Shown here in pieces: positions 53,601 to 64,000 of a stretch of 64,000 nt of DNA; within the stretch, counting starts at the first letter, position 1, and each line of letters begins with the position of its first letter. The translations under genes were made by a program, and so were the position numbers. Below the pieces are notes generated by a model. It was not told the origin of the DNA, did not search any database, and saw nothing but the letters and a program-made list of their open reading frames with translations. The stretch comes from Eledone cirrhosa. Lineage: Eukaryota. Where the stretch lies: assembly GCA_964016885.1 (NCBI GenBank), contig OZ024742.1, positions 344,782,001-344,846,000 of the forward strand. The letters are read 5' to 3'.

Positions 53601-56600
53601 TAGGGAACTATGGTATACTTGTTACTATTGTTAGTAGACTTTCAGGAAGCTAGGGAACCCTGGTATACTTGTTAATACTGTTAGTAGACTTTTAGGAAGC
53701 TAGGGAACACGGGTAAATTTGTTAATACTGTTAGTAGACTTCAAGGAAGTTAGGGAACCCTGGTATACATGTTAATACTGTTAGTAGAGTTCCAAGAAGT
53801 TTGGGAACCCTGGTTTACTTGTTAATTCTGTTAGAAGACTTTCAGGAAGGTAGGGAACCATGGTATACTTGTTAATACTGTTAGTATACTTTCAGGAAGC
53901 TAGGGAACCCTGGTATACTTGTTAATACTGTTAGTAGACTTCCACGAAGTTAGGGAACACTGGTATACTTGTTAATACTGTTAGTACACTTCCAGGAAGT
54001 TAGGGAACCATGGTATACTTGTTAATATTGTTAATAGACTTTCAGGAAGCTAGGGAACCCTGGTATACTTGTTAATACTGTTAGTAGACTTTCAGGAAGC
54101 TAGGGAACCCTGGTATACTTCTTAATACTGTTAGTAGATTTCCAGGAAGTTAGGGAACCCTGGTATACATGTTAATACTGTTAGTAGAGTTCCAAGAAGT
54201 TAGGGAACCCTGGTATACTTGTTAATACTGTTAGTAGAATTCCAGGAATCTTGGGAACCCTTGTATACTTGTTAATACTGTTGGTAGATTTCCAGGAAGC
54301 TAGGGTACCCTTGTATAATTTTTAATACTGTTAGTAGACTTCCAGGAAGTTAGGGAACCCGTGTATACTTGCTAATACTGTTAGTAGATCTCCAGGAAGT
54401 TGGGGAGCCCTGGTATACATGTTATTACTGTTACTAGACTTTCAGGAAGGTAGGGAACCCTGGTATACTTGTTAATACTGTTAGTAGACTTTCGGGAAGT
54501 TAGGGAGCCCTGGTATACTTGTTAATACTGCTAGTAGACTTCCAGGAAGGTAGGGAACAATGGTATACTTATTAATACTGCTAGTAGACTTTCAGGAAGC
54601 TAGGGAACCCTGGTATACTTGTTAATAATGTTAGTAGACTTCCAGGAAGCTGGGGAACCCTGGTATACTTGTTAATACTGTTAGTAGACTTCCAGGAAAG
54701 TAGGGAACCCTGGTATACATGTTAATACTGTTAGTAGACTTCCAGGAAGGTAGGGAACCATGGTATACTTGTTAATACTGTTAGTAGACTTTCAGGAAGT
54801 TAGGGAACCCTGGTATACTTGTTAATACTGTTAGTAGACTTCCAGGAAGATGGGGATCCCTGGTATACTTGTTAATATTGATAGTAGACTTCCAGGAAGT
54901 TAGGGAGCCCTGGTATACTTGTTAATATTGTTAGTAGACTTCCAGGAAGCTAGGGAACCCTGGTATACATGTTAATATTGTTAGTAGACTTCCAGGAAGT
55001 TAGGGAACCCTGGTATACTTGTTAATACTGTTAGTAGATTTCCAGGAAGTTAGGGAACTATGGTATACTTGTTACTATTGTTAGTAGACTTTCAGGAAGC
55101 TAGGGAACCCTGGTATACTTGTTAATACTGTTAGTAGACTTTCAGGAAGCTAGGGAACCCTGGTATACTTGTTAATACTGTTAGTAGACTTTCAGGAAGT
55201 TAGGGAGCCCTGGTATACTTGTTAATACTGTTAGTAGACTTTCAGGAAGCTAGGGTACCCTGGTATACTTGTTAATACTGTTAGTATACTTTCAGGAAGT
55301 TAGGGAGCCCTGGTATACTTGTTAATATTGTTAGTAGACTTCCAGGAAGGTAGGGAACCATGGTATACTTGTTAATACTGTTAGTAGACTTTCCGGAAGT
55401 TAGGGAACCCTGGTATACTTGTTAATAATGTTAGTAGACTTCCAGGAAGATGGGGATCCCTGGTATACTTATTAATACTGATAGTAGACTTCCAGGAAGT
55501 TAGGGAGCCCTGGTATACTTGTTAATATTGTTAGTAGACTTTCAGGAAGCTAGGGTACCCTGGTATACTTGTTAATACTGTTAGTATACTTTCAGGAAGT
55601 TAGGGAGCCCTGGTATACTTGTTAATACTGTTAGTAGACTTCCAGGAAGTTAGGGAACCCTGGTATACTTGTTAATACTGTTAGTAGACATCCAGGAAGT
55701 TAGGGAACCCTGGTATACTTGTTAATACAGTTAGTTGACTTCCAGGAAGTTAGAGAACCCTGGTATACTTGTTAATAGTGTTAGTAGACTTTCAGGAAGG
55801 TAGGGAACCATGGTATACTTGTAAATACTGTTAGTAGACTTCCAGGAAGCTAGGGAACCCTGGTATACTTGTTAATACTGTTAGTAGACTTCCAGGAAGC
55901 TAGGAAACCCTGGTAAACTTGTTAATACTGTTAGTCGATTTCCAGGATGTTAGGGAACCCTGGTATAATTGTTAATACTGTTCGTAGACTTCCAAGAAGT
56001 TAGGGAACCCTGGTATACTTGTTAATACTGTTAGTAGAATTCCAGGAATCTTGGAAACCCTGATATACTTGTTAATACTGTTAGTAGATTTCCAGGAAGC
56101 TAGGGAACCCTTGTATAAATTTTAATACTGTTAGTAGACTTCCAGGAAGTTAGGGAACCCTGGTATACTTGTTAATACTGTTAGTAGACTTCCAGGAAGG
56201 TAGGGAACAATGGTATACTTATTAATACTGTTAGTAGACTTTCAGGAAGCTAGGGAACCCTGGTATACTTGTTAATAATGTTAGTAGACTTCCAGGAAGC
56301 TGGGGAACCCTGGTATACTTGTTAATACTGTTAGTAGACTTCAGGAAGCTAGGGAACCCTGGTATACATGTTAATACTGTTAGTAGACTTTCAGGAAGCT
56401 AGGGAACACGGGTAAATTTGTTAATACTGTTAGTAGACTTCCAGGAAGTTAGGGAACCCTGGTATACATGTTAATACTGTTAGTAGAGTTCCAAGAAGTT
56501 TGGGAACCCTGGTATACTTGTTAATTCTGTTAGTAGACTTTCAGGAACGTAGGGAACCATGGTATACTTGTTAATACTGTTAGTAGACTTTCAGGAAGCT

Positions 56601-59600
56601 AGGGAACCCTGGTATACTTGTTAATACTCTTAGTAGACTTCCACGAAGTTAGGGAACCCTGGTATACTTGTTAATACTGTTAGTAGATTTCCAGGAAGTT
56701 AGGGAACCATGGTATACTTGTTAATATTGTTAGTAGACTTTCAGGAAGCTAGGGAACCCTGGTATACTTGTTAATACTGTTAGTAGACTTTCAGGAAGCT
56801 AGGAAACCCTGGTATACATCTTAATACTGTTAGTAGATTTCCAGGAAGTTAGGGAACCCTGCTATACATGTTAATACTGTTAGTAGAGTTCCAAGAAGTT
56901 AGGGAACCCTGGTATACTTGTTAATTCTGTTAGTAGACTTTCAGGAAGGTAAGGAACCATGCTATACTTGTTAATACTGTTAGTAGACTTCCAGGAAGCT
57001 AGCAAACCCTGGTAAACTTGTCAATACTGTTAGTAGATTTCCAGGACGTTAGGGAACCCTGGTATACTTGTTAATACTGATAGTAGACTTCCAGAAAGTT
57101 AGGGAACCCTGGTATACTTGTTAATACTGTTAGTAGAAATCCAGGAATCTTGGGAACCCTGGTATACTTGTTAATACTGTTAGTAGATTTCCAGGAAGTT
57201 AGGGAACCCTGGTATAGTTGTTAATAATGTTAGTAGATCTCCAGGAAGTTGGGGAGACGTGGTATACTTGTTAATACTGTTACTAGACTTTCAGGAAGGT
57301 AGGGAACCCTGGTATACTTGTTAATACTGTTAGTAGAATTTCAGGAAGTTAGGGAGCCTTGGTATACTTGTTAATACTGTTAGTAGACTTCCAGGAAGGT
57401 AGGGAACAATGGTATACTTATTAATAATGTTAGTAGACTTTCAGGAAGTTAGGAAACCCTGGTATACATGTTAATACTGTTAGTAGAGTTCCAAGAAGTT
57501 AGGGAACCCTGGTATACTTGTTAATTCTGTTAGTAGACTTTCAGGAAGGTAGGGAACCATGGTATACTTGTTAATAATGTTAGTAGACTTCCAGGAAGCT
57601 GGGAAACCCTGGTAAACTTGTTAATACTGTTAGTAGATTTCCAGGATGTTAGGGAACCCTGGTATACTTGTTAATACTGATAGTAGACTTCCAGGAAGTT
57701 AGGGAACCCTGGTATACGTGTTAATACTGTTAGTAGAATTCCAGGAATCTTGGGAACCCTGGTATACTTGTTAATACTGTTAGTAGATTTCCAGGAAGTT
57801 AGGGAACCCTGGTATACTTGTTAATACTGTTAGTAGATCTCCAGGAAGTTGGGGAGTCCTGGTATACTTGTTAATACTGTTACTAGACTTTCAGGAAGGT
57901 ACGGAACCCTGGTATACTTGTTAATACTGTTAGTAGACTTTCAGGAAGTTAGGGAGCCCTGGTATATTTGTTAATACTGTTAGTAGACTTCCAGGAAGGT
58001 AGGGAACAATGGTATACTTATTAATAATGTTAGTAGACTTTCAGGAAGCTAGGGAACCCTGGTGTACTTGTTAATAATGTTAGTAGACTTCCAGGAAGCT
58101 GGGGAAAACTGGTATACTTGTTAATACTGTTAGTAGACTACCAGGAAAGTAGGGAACCCTGGTATACTTGTTAATACTGTTAGTAGACTTCCAGGAAGGT
58201 AGGGAACCATGGTATCCTTGGTAATACTGTTTGTAGACTTTCAGGAAGTTAGGGAACCCTGGTATACTTGTTACTACTGTTAGTAGACTTCCAGGAAGAT
58301 GGGGATCCCTGGTATACTTGTTAATACTGATAGTAGACTTCCAGGAAGTTAGGGAGCCCTGGTATACTTGTTAATATTGTTAGTAGACTTCCAGGAAGCT
58401 AGGGAACCCTGGTATACTTGTTAATACTGTTAGTAGACTTCCAGGAAGTTAGGGAACCCTGGTATACTTGTTAATACTGTTGGTAGATTTCCAGGAAGTT
58501 AGGGAACTATGGTATACTTGTTACTATTGTTAGTAGACTTTCAGGAAGCTATGGATCCCTGGTATACTTGTTAATACTGTTAGTAGACTTCCAGGAAGGT
58601 AGGGAACCCTGGTATACTTGTTAATACTGTTAGTAGACTTCCAGGAAGTTAGGGAACCCTGGTATACTTGTTAATACTGTTAGTAGACATCCAGGAAGTT
58701 AGGGAACCCTGGTATACTTGTTAATACAGTTAGTTGACTTCCAGGAAGTTAGGGAACCCTGCTATACTTGTTAATAGTGTTAGTAGACTTTCAGGAAGGT
58801 AGGGAACCATGGTATACTTGTAAATACTGTTAGTAGACTTCCAGGAAGCTAGGGAACCCTGGTATACTTGTTAATATTGTTAGTAGACTTCCAGGAAGCT
58901 AGGAAACCCTGGTAAACTTGTTAATACTGTTAGTAGATTTCCAGGATGTTAGGGAACCCTGGTATAATTGTTAATACTGTTCGTAGACTTCCAGGAAGTT
59001 AGGGAACCCTGGTATACTTGTTAATACTGTTAGTAGAATTCCAGGAATCTTGGAAACCCTGGTATACTTGTTAATACTGTTAGTAGATTTCCAGGAAGCT
59101 AGGGAACCCTGGTATACATGTTAATACTGTTAGTAGACTTCCAGGAAGCTAGGGAACCCTGGTATACTTGTTAATACTGTTAGTAGACTTTCAGGAAGGT
59201 AGGGAACCATGGTATACTTGTTAATATTGTTAGTAGACTTTCAGGAAGCTAGGGAACCCTGGTATACTTGTTAATACTGTTAGTAGACTTCCAGGAAGTT
59301 AGGAAAACCTGGTATACTTGTTAATACTGTTAGTAGACTTCCAGGAAGGTAAGTAACTCTGGTATACTTGTTAATACTGTTAGTTGTCTTCCAGGAAGTT
59401 AGGGAGCCCTGGTATACTTGTTAATACTGTTAGTAGACTTCCAGGAAGGTAGGGAACATTGGTATACTTGTTAATACTGTTAGTAGACTTCCAGGAAGGT
59501 AGGGAACCATGGTATACTTGGTAATACTGTTAGTAGACTTTCAGGAAGTTAGGGAACCCTGGTATACTTGTTACTACTGTTAGTAGACTTCCAGGAAGAT

Positions 59601-62600
59601 GGGGATCCCTGGTATACTTGTTAATACTGATAGTAGGCTTCCAGGAAATTAGGGAGCCCTGGTATACTTGTTAATATTGTTAGTAGACTTCCAGGAAGTT
59701 AGGGAACCCTGGTATACTTGTTAATACTGTTAATAGATTTCCAGGAAGTTAGGGAACTATTGTATACTTGTTAGTATTGTTAGGAGACTTTCAGGAAGCT
59801 AGGGAACCCTGGTATACTTGTTAATACTGTTAGTAGACTTTCAGGAAGCTAGGGAACACGGGTAAATTTGTCAATACTGTTAGTAGACTTCCAGGAAGTT
59901 AGGGAACCCTGGAATACATGTTAATACTGTTAGTAGAGTTCCAAGAAGTTTGGGAACCCTGGTATACTTGTTAATTCTGTTAGTAGACTTTCAGGAAGTT
60001 AAGGAACCATGGTATACTTGTTAATACTGGTAGTAGACTTTCAGGAAGCTATGGAACCCTGGTATACTTGTTAATACTGTTAGTAGACTTCCACGAAGTT
60101 AGGGAACCCTGGTATACTTGTTAATACTGTTAGTAGATTTCCAGGAAGTTAGGGAACCATGGTATACTTGTTAATATTGTTAGTAGACTTTCAGGAAGCT
60201 AGGGAACCCTGGTATACTTGTTAATACTGTTAGTAGACTTTCAGGAAGGTAGGGAACCCTGGTATACTTCTTAATACTGTTAGTAGATTTCCAGGAATTT
60301 AGGGAACCCTGGTATACATGTTAATACTGTTAGTAGAGTTCCAAGAAGTTAGGGAACCCTGGTATACTTGTTAATTCTGTTAGTAGATTTCCAGGATGTT
60401 AGGGAACCCTGGTATACTTGTTAATACTGATAGTAGACTTCCAGGAAGTTAGGGAACCCTGGTATACTTGTTAATACTGTTAGTAGAATTCCAGGAATCT
60501 TGGGAACCCTGGTATACTTGTTAATACTGTTAGTAGATTTCCAGGAAGCTAGGGAACCCTTGTATAATTTTTAGTACTGTTAGTAGACTTCCAGGAAGTT
60601 AGGGAACCCGTGTATACTTGCTAATACTGTTAGTAGATGTCCAGGAAGTTGGGGAGCCCTGGTATACATGTTATTACTGTTACTAGATTTTCAGGAAGGT
60701 AGGGAACCCTGGAATACTTGTTAATACTGTTAGTAGACTTTCAGGAAGTTAGGGAGCCCTGGTATACTTGTTAATACTGTTAGTAGACTTCCAGGAAGGT
60801 AGGGAACAATGGTATACTTATTAATACTGTTAGTAGACTTTCAGGAAGCTAGGGAACCCTGGTATACTTGTTAATAATGTTAGTAGACTTCCAGGAAGCT
60901 GGGGAACCCTGGTATACTTGTTAATACTTTTAGTAGACTTCCAGGAAAGTAGGGAACCCTGGTATACTTGTTAATACTGTTAGTAGACTTCCAGGAAGTA
61001 GGGAACCATGGTATACTTGTTAATACTGTTAGTAGACTTTCAGGAAGTTAGGGAACCCTGGTATACTTGTTAATACTGTTAGTAGACTTCCAGTAAGATG
61101 GGGATCCCTGGTATACTTGTTAATATTGATAGTAGACTTCCAGGAAGTTGGGGAGCCCTGGTATACTTGTTAATATTGTTAGTAGACTTCCAGGAAGCTA
61201 GGGAACCCTGGTATACATGTTAATACTGTTAGTAGACTTCCAGGAATTTAGGGAACCCTGGTATACTTGTTAATACTGTTAGTAGATTTCCAGGAAGTTA
61301 GGGAACTATGGTATACTTGTTACTATTGTTAGTAGACTTTCAGGAAGCTAGGGAACCCTGGTATACTTGTTAATACTGTTAGTAGACTTTCAAGAAGCTA
61401 GGGAACCCTGGTATACTTGTTAATACTGTTAGTAGACTTTCAGGAAGTTAGGGAGCCCTGGAATACTTGTTAATACTGTTAGTAGACTTCCAGGAAGTTA
61501 GGGAACCCTGGTATACATGTTAATACTGTTAGTAGATCTCCAGGAAGTTGGGGAGCCCTGGTATACTTGTTAATACTGTTACTAGACTTTCAGGAAGGTA
61601 GGGAACAATGGTATACTTATTAATACTGTTAGTAGTCTTTCAGGAAGCTAGGGAACCCTGGTATACTAGTTAATAATGTTAGTAGACTTCCAGGAAGCTG
61701 GGGAACCCTGGTATACTTGTTAATACTGTTAGTAGACTTCCAGGAAAGTAGGGAACCCTGGTATACTTGTTAATATTGTTAGTAGACTTTCAGGAAGCTA
61801 GGGAACACGGGTAAATTTGTTAATACTGTTAGTAGACTTCCAGGAAGTTAGGGAACCCTGGTATACATGTTAATATTGTTAGTAGAGTTCCAAGAAGTTT
61901 GGGAACCCTGGTATACTTTTTAATTCTGTTAGTAGACGTTCAGGAAGGTAGGGAACCATGGTATACTTGTTAATACTGTTAGTAGACTTTCAGGAAGCTA
62001 GGGAACCCTGGTATACTTGTTAATACTGTTAGTAGAATTCCACGAAGTTAGGGAACCCTGGTATACATATTAATACTTTTAGTAGATTTCCAGGAAGTTA
62101 GGAAACCATGGTATACTTGTTAATATTGTTAGTAGACTTTCAGGAAGCTAGGGAACCCTGGTATACTTGTTAATACTGTTAGTAGACTTTCAGGAAGCTA
62201 GGGAACCCTGGTATACTCCTTAATACTGTGAGTAGATTTCCAGGAAGTTAGGAAACCCTGGTATACATGTTAATACTGTTAGTAGAGTTCCAAGTAGTTA
62301 GGGAACCCTGGTATACTTGTTAATTCTGTTAGTAGACATTCAGGAAGGTAGGGAACCATGGTATACTTGTTAATAGTGTTAGTAGACTTCCAGGAAGCTG
62401 GGAAACCCTGGTAAACTTGTTAATACTGTTAGTAGATTTCCAGGATGTTAGGGAACCCTGGTATACTTGTTAATACTGATAGTAGACTTCCAGGAAGTTA
62501 GGGAACCCTGGTATACATGTTAATACTGTTAGTAGAATTCCAGGAATCTTGGGAACCCTGGTATACTTGTTAATACTGTTAGTAGATTTCCAGGAAGTTA

Positions 62601-64000
62601 GGGAACCCTGGTATACTTGTTAATACTGTTAGTAGATCTCCAGGAAGTTGGGGAGCCCTGGTATACTTGTTAATACTGTTACTAGACTTTCAGGAAGGTA
62701 GGGAACCCTGGTATACTTGTTAATACTGTTAGTAGACTTTCAGGAAGTTAGGGAGCCCTGGTAAACTTGTTAATACTGTTAGTAGACTTCCAGTAAGGTA
62801 GGGAACAATGGTATACTTATTAATACTGTTAGTAGACTTTCAGGAAGCTAGGGAACCCTGGTATACTTGTTAATAATGTTAGTAGACTTCCAGGAAGCTG
62901 GGGAACCCTGGTATACTTGTTAATACTGTTAGTAGACTTCCAGGAAAGTAGGGAACCCTGGTATACTTGTTAATACTGTTAGTAGACTTCCAGGAAGTTA
63001 GGGAGCCCTGGTATACTTGTTAATATTGTTAGTAGACTTCCAGGAAGCTAGGGAACCCTGGTATACTTGTTAATACTGTTAGTAGACTTCCAGGAAGTTA
63101 GGGAACCCTGGTATACTTGTTAATACTGTTAGTAGATTTCCAGGAAGTTAGAGAACTATGGTATACTTGTCACTATTGTTAGTAGACTTTCAGGAAGCTA
63201 GGGATCCCTGGTATACTTGTTAATACTGTTAGTAGACTTTCAGGAAGGTAGAGAACCATGGTATACTTGTAAATACTGTTAGTAGACTTCCAGGAAGCTA
63301 GGGAACCCTGGTATACTTGTTAATACTGTTAGTAGACTTCCAGGAAGCTAGGAAACCCTGGTAAACTTGTTAATACTGTTAGTAGATTTCCAGGATGTTA
63401 GGGAACCCTGGTATAATTGTTAATACTGTTCGTAGACTTCCAGGAAGTTAGGGAACCCTGGTATACTTGTTAATACTGTTAGTAGAATTCCAGGAATCTT
63501 GGAAACCCTGGTATACATGTTAATACTGTTAGTAGATTTCCAGGAAGCTAGGGAACCCTGGTATACATGTTAATACTGTTAGTAGACTTCCAGGAAGCTA
63601 GGGAACCCTGGTATACTTGTTAATACTGTTAGTAGATTCCAGGAAGGTAGGGAACCCTGGTATACTTGTTAATACTGTTAGTAGACTTTTAGGAAGGTGG
63701 GGAACCATGGTATACTTATTAATACTGTTAGTTGTCTTCCAGGAAGTTAGGGAACCCTGGTATACTTGTTACTACTGTTAGTAGACTTCCAGGAAGATGG
63801 GGATCCCTGGTATACTAGTTAATATTGATAGTAGACTTCCAGGAAGTTAGGGAGCCCTGGTATACTTGTTAATATTGTTAGTAGACTTTCAGGAAGCTAG
63901 GGAACCCTGGTATACTTGTTAATACTGTTAGTAGACTTTCAGGAAGCTAGCGAACCCTGGTATACTTGTTAATACTGTTAGTAGACTTTCAGGAAGTTAG
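44700..64000 (+). repeat. Right sub-domain marked by GATGGGGATCCC, GAATTCCAGGAATCTTGG and GGAACAATGGTATACTTATT monomers; indel-poor
   Basis: These variants recur from ~45250 to ~63800. The 49-bp GTTAAACTG monomer and the 53-bp monomer are absent. Only about six 1-bp indels in ~19 kb (~45355, ~48093, ~51992, ~56341, ~61000, ~63637). Confidence 0.8.
49686..57337 (+). repeat. Direct duplication of ~3.3-3.4 kb (49686-53088 vs 54035-57337), offset 4349 then 4249
   Basis: TTGGTAGAT 49932/54281; GTGTATACTTGCT 50012/54361; TCAGGAACG 52292/56541. The offset changes by 100 because of a two-monomer duplication at ~52081-52290 in the first copy. Confidence 0.88.

Larger units (their letters stand above)
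1..64000 (+). repeat. Satellite DNA array, 50-bp monomer, ~1,280 head-to-tail copies, extending beyond both window ends
   Basis: Consensus ACTTCCAGGAAGTTAGGGAACCCTGGTATACTTGTTAATACTGTTAGTAG recurs every 50 bp from base 1 to the end, typically with 0-4 substitutions per copy. The phase drifts only by a net ~-16 bp (monomer starts at 1, 15836, 44589, 63985). No non-repeat sequence seen. Confidence 0.99.

Noticed and set aside
1-64000. CRISPR array (regular period, palindromic repeat)
   Set aside because: No unique spacers: the whole 50 bp is repeated and the variable part is only a few SNP sites. No leader or cas genes in the window.
1-64000. Repetitive protein-coding ORF
   Set aside because: The monomer length is not a multiple of 3. 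The + strand has TAG/TAA at positions 14, 36, 45 and 48 and the - strand has three TAA per monomer, so all six frames close within about 150 bp.
1-64000. ORF under a TAA/TAG-reassigned (ciliate-type) code, since the consensus has no TGA
   Set aside because: Frequent 1-bp indels, recurrent TGA-creating variants (CCATGA, TTGATA, CTGATA, and TCA giving TGA on the minus strand) and no codon-position bias in substitutions.
1-64000. True telomere tract or G-quadruplex array
   Set aside because: TTAGGG is never tandem, and there is only one G3-G4 run per 50 bp.
1-64000. Hidden insertion, inversion or transposon fragment
   Set aside because: Reading through the window I found no departure from the monomer longer than a few bases and no reverse-complement monomer (CTACTAACAGTATTAACAAG).
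1-64000. Synthetic or purely artefactual sequence
   Set aside because: Hierarchically shared variants and nested duplications with small differences fit natural satellite evolution. Individual duplications still need read-level confirmation.

Overview
The whole 64,000-bp window is one uninterrupted head-to-tail tandem array of a 50-bp monomer, about 1,280 copies, all in the same orientation. The consensus is ACTTCCAGGA AGTTAGGGAA CCCTGGTATA CTTGTTAATA CTGTTAGTAG (40% GC, no CpG). I saw no unique sequence, ORF, RNA gene, transposon insertion, inversion or CRISPR spacer, and both window ends lie inside the array. This fits eukaryotic satellite DNA (heterochromatic, centromeric or subtelomeric), but I do not recognise the family and cannot assign an organism. 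The informative structure is in the variants. There are three regional sub-domains with different diagnostic monomers, an irregular higher-order period of about 4 kb, and several near-identical multi-monomer duplications (offsets 349, 749, 1547, 3549, 4353 and 4349 bp), two of which can be ordered in time. The monomer looks like five degenerate ~10-bp units, is rich in short dyads, and contains one TTAGGG and an overlapping STAT/ETS-type palindrome. I found no direct evidence of a new gene-encoded system, so all functional ideas below are hypotheses. Alignments were done by eye and boundaries are approximate (about +/-50 bp).
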